DNA of 62,436 bases, filler included, from Anaerolineae bacterium (GTDB lineage Bacteria; Chloroflexota; Anaerolineae; Epilineales; Epilineaceae): the NCBI GenBank assembly GCA_029262755.1. It is 8 parts of 8 records of this genome, joined end to end, with 100 filler letters (N's around TTAATTAATTAA, not from the genome) between each part and the next. Parts side by side here need not be neighbours in the genome. Positions count along the whole stretch, not along the records: positions 59,304 to 62,436 come from JAJCYU010000021.1; 7 more parts are not named here. One strand, 5' to 3'. This document shows, one piece after another, positions 61,012 through 62,436 of this stretch. Below the pieces are notes generated by a model. That model worked only from the letters and a program-made list of their open reading frames with translations, did no database searches and was not told the DNA's origin. Each line of letters begins with the position of its first letter. Positions within the stretch are counted from its first letter, which is position 1. The position numbers were made by a program, and so were the translations under genes.

Positions 61012-62436
61012 GGGCGGAGCGGGCGCGGGCGGACATTCAGGCAACGGCGTGAGCGGTGGCGGCTCGGGCGGCGACGGCGGCAGCGGCGGCGGCGGCCGTG
61101 GCGGCCGTGGCGGCGACGACGGCTCCGGCGGCGGAACCGTCCGGCGCCGCGGCGGTGTGGGCCGGCCGGATTGCCCCGCTTGCGGCGGCGTCGGCTGGGT
61201 GCGACGCGATGTCGATATCAACCACCACGACTTCGGCAAGGCCTTCCCGTGCGGCTGCATCGCCGACGATATCGCCGCGCAGCGCCTCAACAGCGTCCGC
61301 AGCGCCTCGAACATCGCGGCGCTCGACCGCCTTATCTTCGAGACCTTCGATCCCGCCGCACCCGGCAACGGCCCCGACCAGCTGCGCAACCTGGAGGCCG
61401 CGTTGCGCGCATGCGTGGAGTTCGCCGCCGAACCCGAGGGCTGGCTCGTGCTCCACGGCGGCTACGGCTGCGGCAAGACCCACTTGGCAGCGGCCATCGT
61501 CAACGAGCGCTTGAAGGAGGGCGCGGCCGCACTATTCGTCGTCGTACCCGACCTGCTCGACCACCTGCGCGCCGCCTTCTCGCCCACGGTCGGCGAGTCC
61601 TACGACGAGCGCTTCGAAGCAGTCCGCAACGCGCCCCTGCTTGTCCTAGACGACTTGGGCACGCAGGCCCCCACGCCTTGGGCGGCCGAGAAGCTCTTCC
61701 AGATCCTCAACCATCGCTACAACATGCGCTTGCCCACGGTCATCACGTCCAACGTCCCGCTCGAGCTCTTCGACCCCCGCCTGCGCTCGCGGCTGGAGCA
61801 CTTCGAGGTCGTACGCGTCTTCGAGATTCAAGCCATCGATTACCGCGGCGGCGTCGCACCGGATAGCGGCGGCGCGATCTCCAGCCTGCGCCACTACGGC
61901 GAGATGAGCTTCCAGACCTGGAACGACCGCCGCAGCGAGCAGCCCGTCGAGGTCGCGTCCAACCTCGCCCGCGTCTTCACCCTGTCGCGCCAATTCGCCG
62001 ACGACCCCGGCGGCTGGCTCGTCCTGCTCGGCGACCACGGTTGCGGCAAGACCCACCTGGCCGCCGCCATCGCCAACCAACGCGTAGCCGGCGGCCACGA
62101 AGCGGTCTTCGTCGTCGTACCGGACCTGCTCGACCACCTACGCGCCACCTTCAGCCCCAGCAGCCGCGTCGGCTACGACAAACGCTTCGACGAGGTCCGC
62201 TCAGCGCCGCTGCTCGTCCTGGACGATCTAGGCACGGAAAGCGCCACCCCCTGGGCCCAAGAGAAGCTCTTCCAAATCCTCAACCACCGCCACGCCGCCC
62301 AACTGGCCACGGTCATCACCTCCTCGGCCCAACTCGGCGACATCCACCCCCGCCTCCGCACCCGCATGCTCGACCGCCGCCGCTGCGTGGTCTTCGAGAT
62401 CGTCGCACCACCCTACGTCGGCCCGATCGAGGTCGG
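60911..62436 (+). CDS. DnaC/IstB-like helicase loader with Zn motif and two tandem AAA+ domains (3' partial)
   Basis: Not in the ORF track (no stop). My translation: MMKSIGDAL, Gly-rich stretch, CPACGG...PCGC, then GGYGCGKTHLA...VPDLLDHLR...LDDLG and a second GDHGCGKTHLA...LDDLG. Confidence 0.88.
   Translation, partial: MMKSIGDALGDSGLTKAAKPKSPKTPGTPSSAAKGGAGAGGHSGNGVSGGGSGGDGGSGGGGRGGRGGDDGSGGGTVRRRGGVGRPDCPACGGVGWVRRDVDINHHDFGKAFPCGCIADDIAAQRLNSVRSASNIAALDRLIFETFDPAAPGNGPDQLRNLEAALRACVEFAAEPEGWLVLHGGYGCGKTHLAAAIVNERLKEGAAALFVVVPDLLDHLRAAFSPTVGESYDERFEAVRNAPLLVLDDLGTQAPTPWAAEKLFQILNHRYNMRLPTVITSNVPLELFDPRLRSRLEHFEVVRVFEIQAIDYRGGVAPDSGGAISSLRHYGEMSFQTWNDRRSEQPVEVASNLARVFTLSRQFADDPGGWLVLLGDHGCGKTHLAAAIANQRVAGGHEAVFVVVPDLLDHLRATFSPSSRVGYDKRFDEVRSAPLLVLDDLGTESATPWAQEKLFQILNHRHAAQLATVITSSAQLGDIHPRLRTRMLDRRRCVVFEIVAPPYVGPIEV

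Noticed and set aside
60911..62436. IstB of an IS21 element or prophage replication module
   Set aside because: No istA or phage genes nearby; it sits in an operon with chromosomal dnaB and dnaD.

Overview
This is not one contiguous locus. It is 8 short contigs of a high-GC draft genome or MAG joined by N-padded TTAATTAATTAA linkers at 12652-12750, 17494-17593, 29223-29321, 33259-33358, 42370-42469, 50295-50394 and 59204-59303, so gene neighbourhoods are only meaningful within a contig. Gene content suggests Chloroflexota (inference from the sortase, dnaB-dnaD-duplicated dnaC, PT-linker exoproteins with C-terminal YLPxxxR tails and GAAC-N4-GTTC SOS boxes). Contig 1: sbcC-like ATPase, selA, sortase, rsmG, glyA, vapBC, tRNA-Val, T-box-thrS, infC. 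Contig 2 is a lower-GC mobile/phage-like piece with a ParB-like + putative nuclease gene pair and a truncated IS30. Contig 3: esterase, CRTAC1-like lipoprotein, HipA-like kinase + DUF3037, and a K+ channel followed by a Cache-domain pentameric ligand-gated channel homolog. Contigs 4-7: many large exoproteins, two ABC systems, Uma2 nucleases, a second vapBC, a lytic transglycosylase with two LexA boxes in its promoter, and a secreted protein with tandem DAWAPGGDDI repeats. Contig 8: replication genes. Best novelty candidates: the DAWAPGGDDI multi-repeat secreted protein, the SOS-boxed lytic transglycosylase, the K+ channel/Cache-pLGIC operon, the ParB-nuclease pair, and a possible LPxxxR surface-docking code. 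All family assignments are by eye from motifs; no searches were run.
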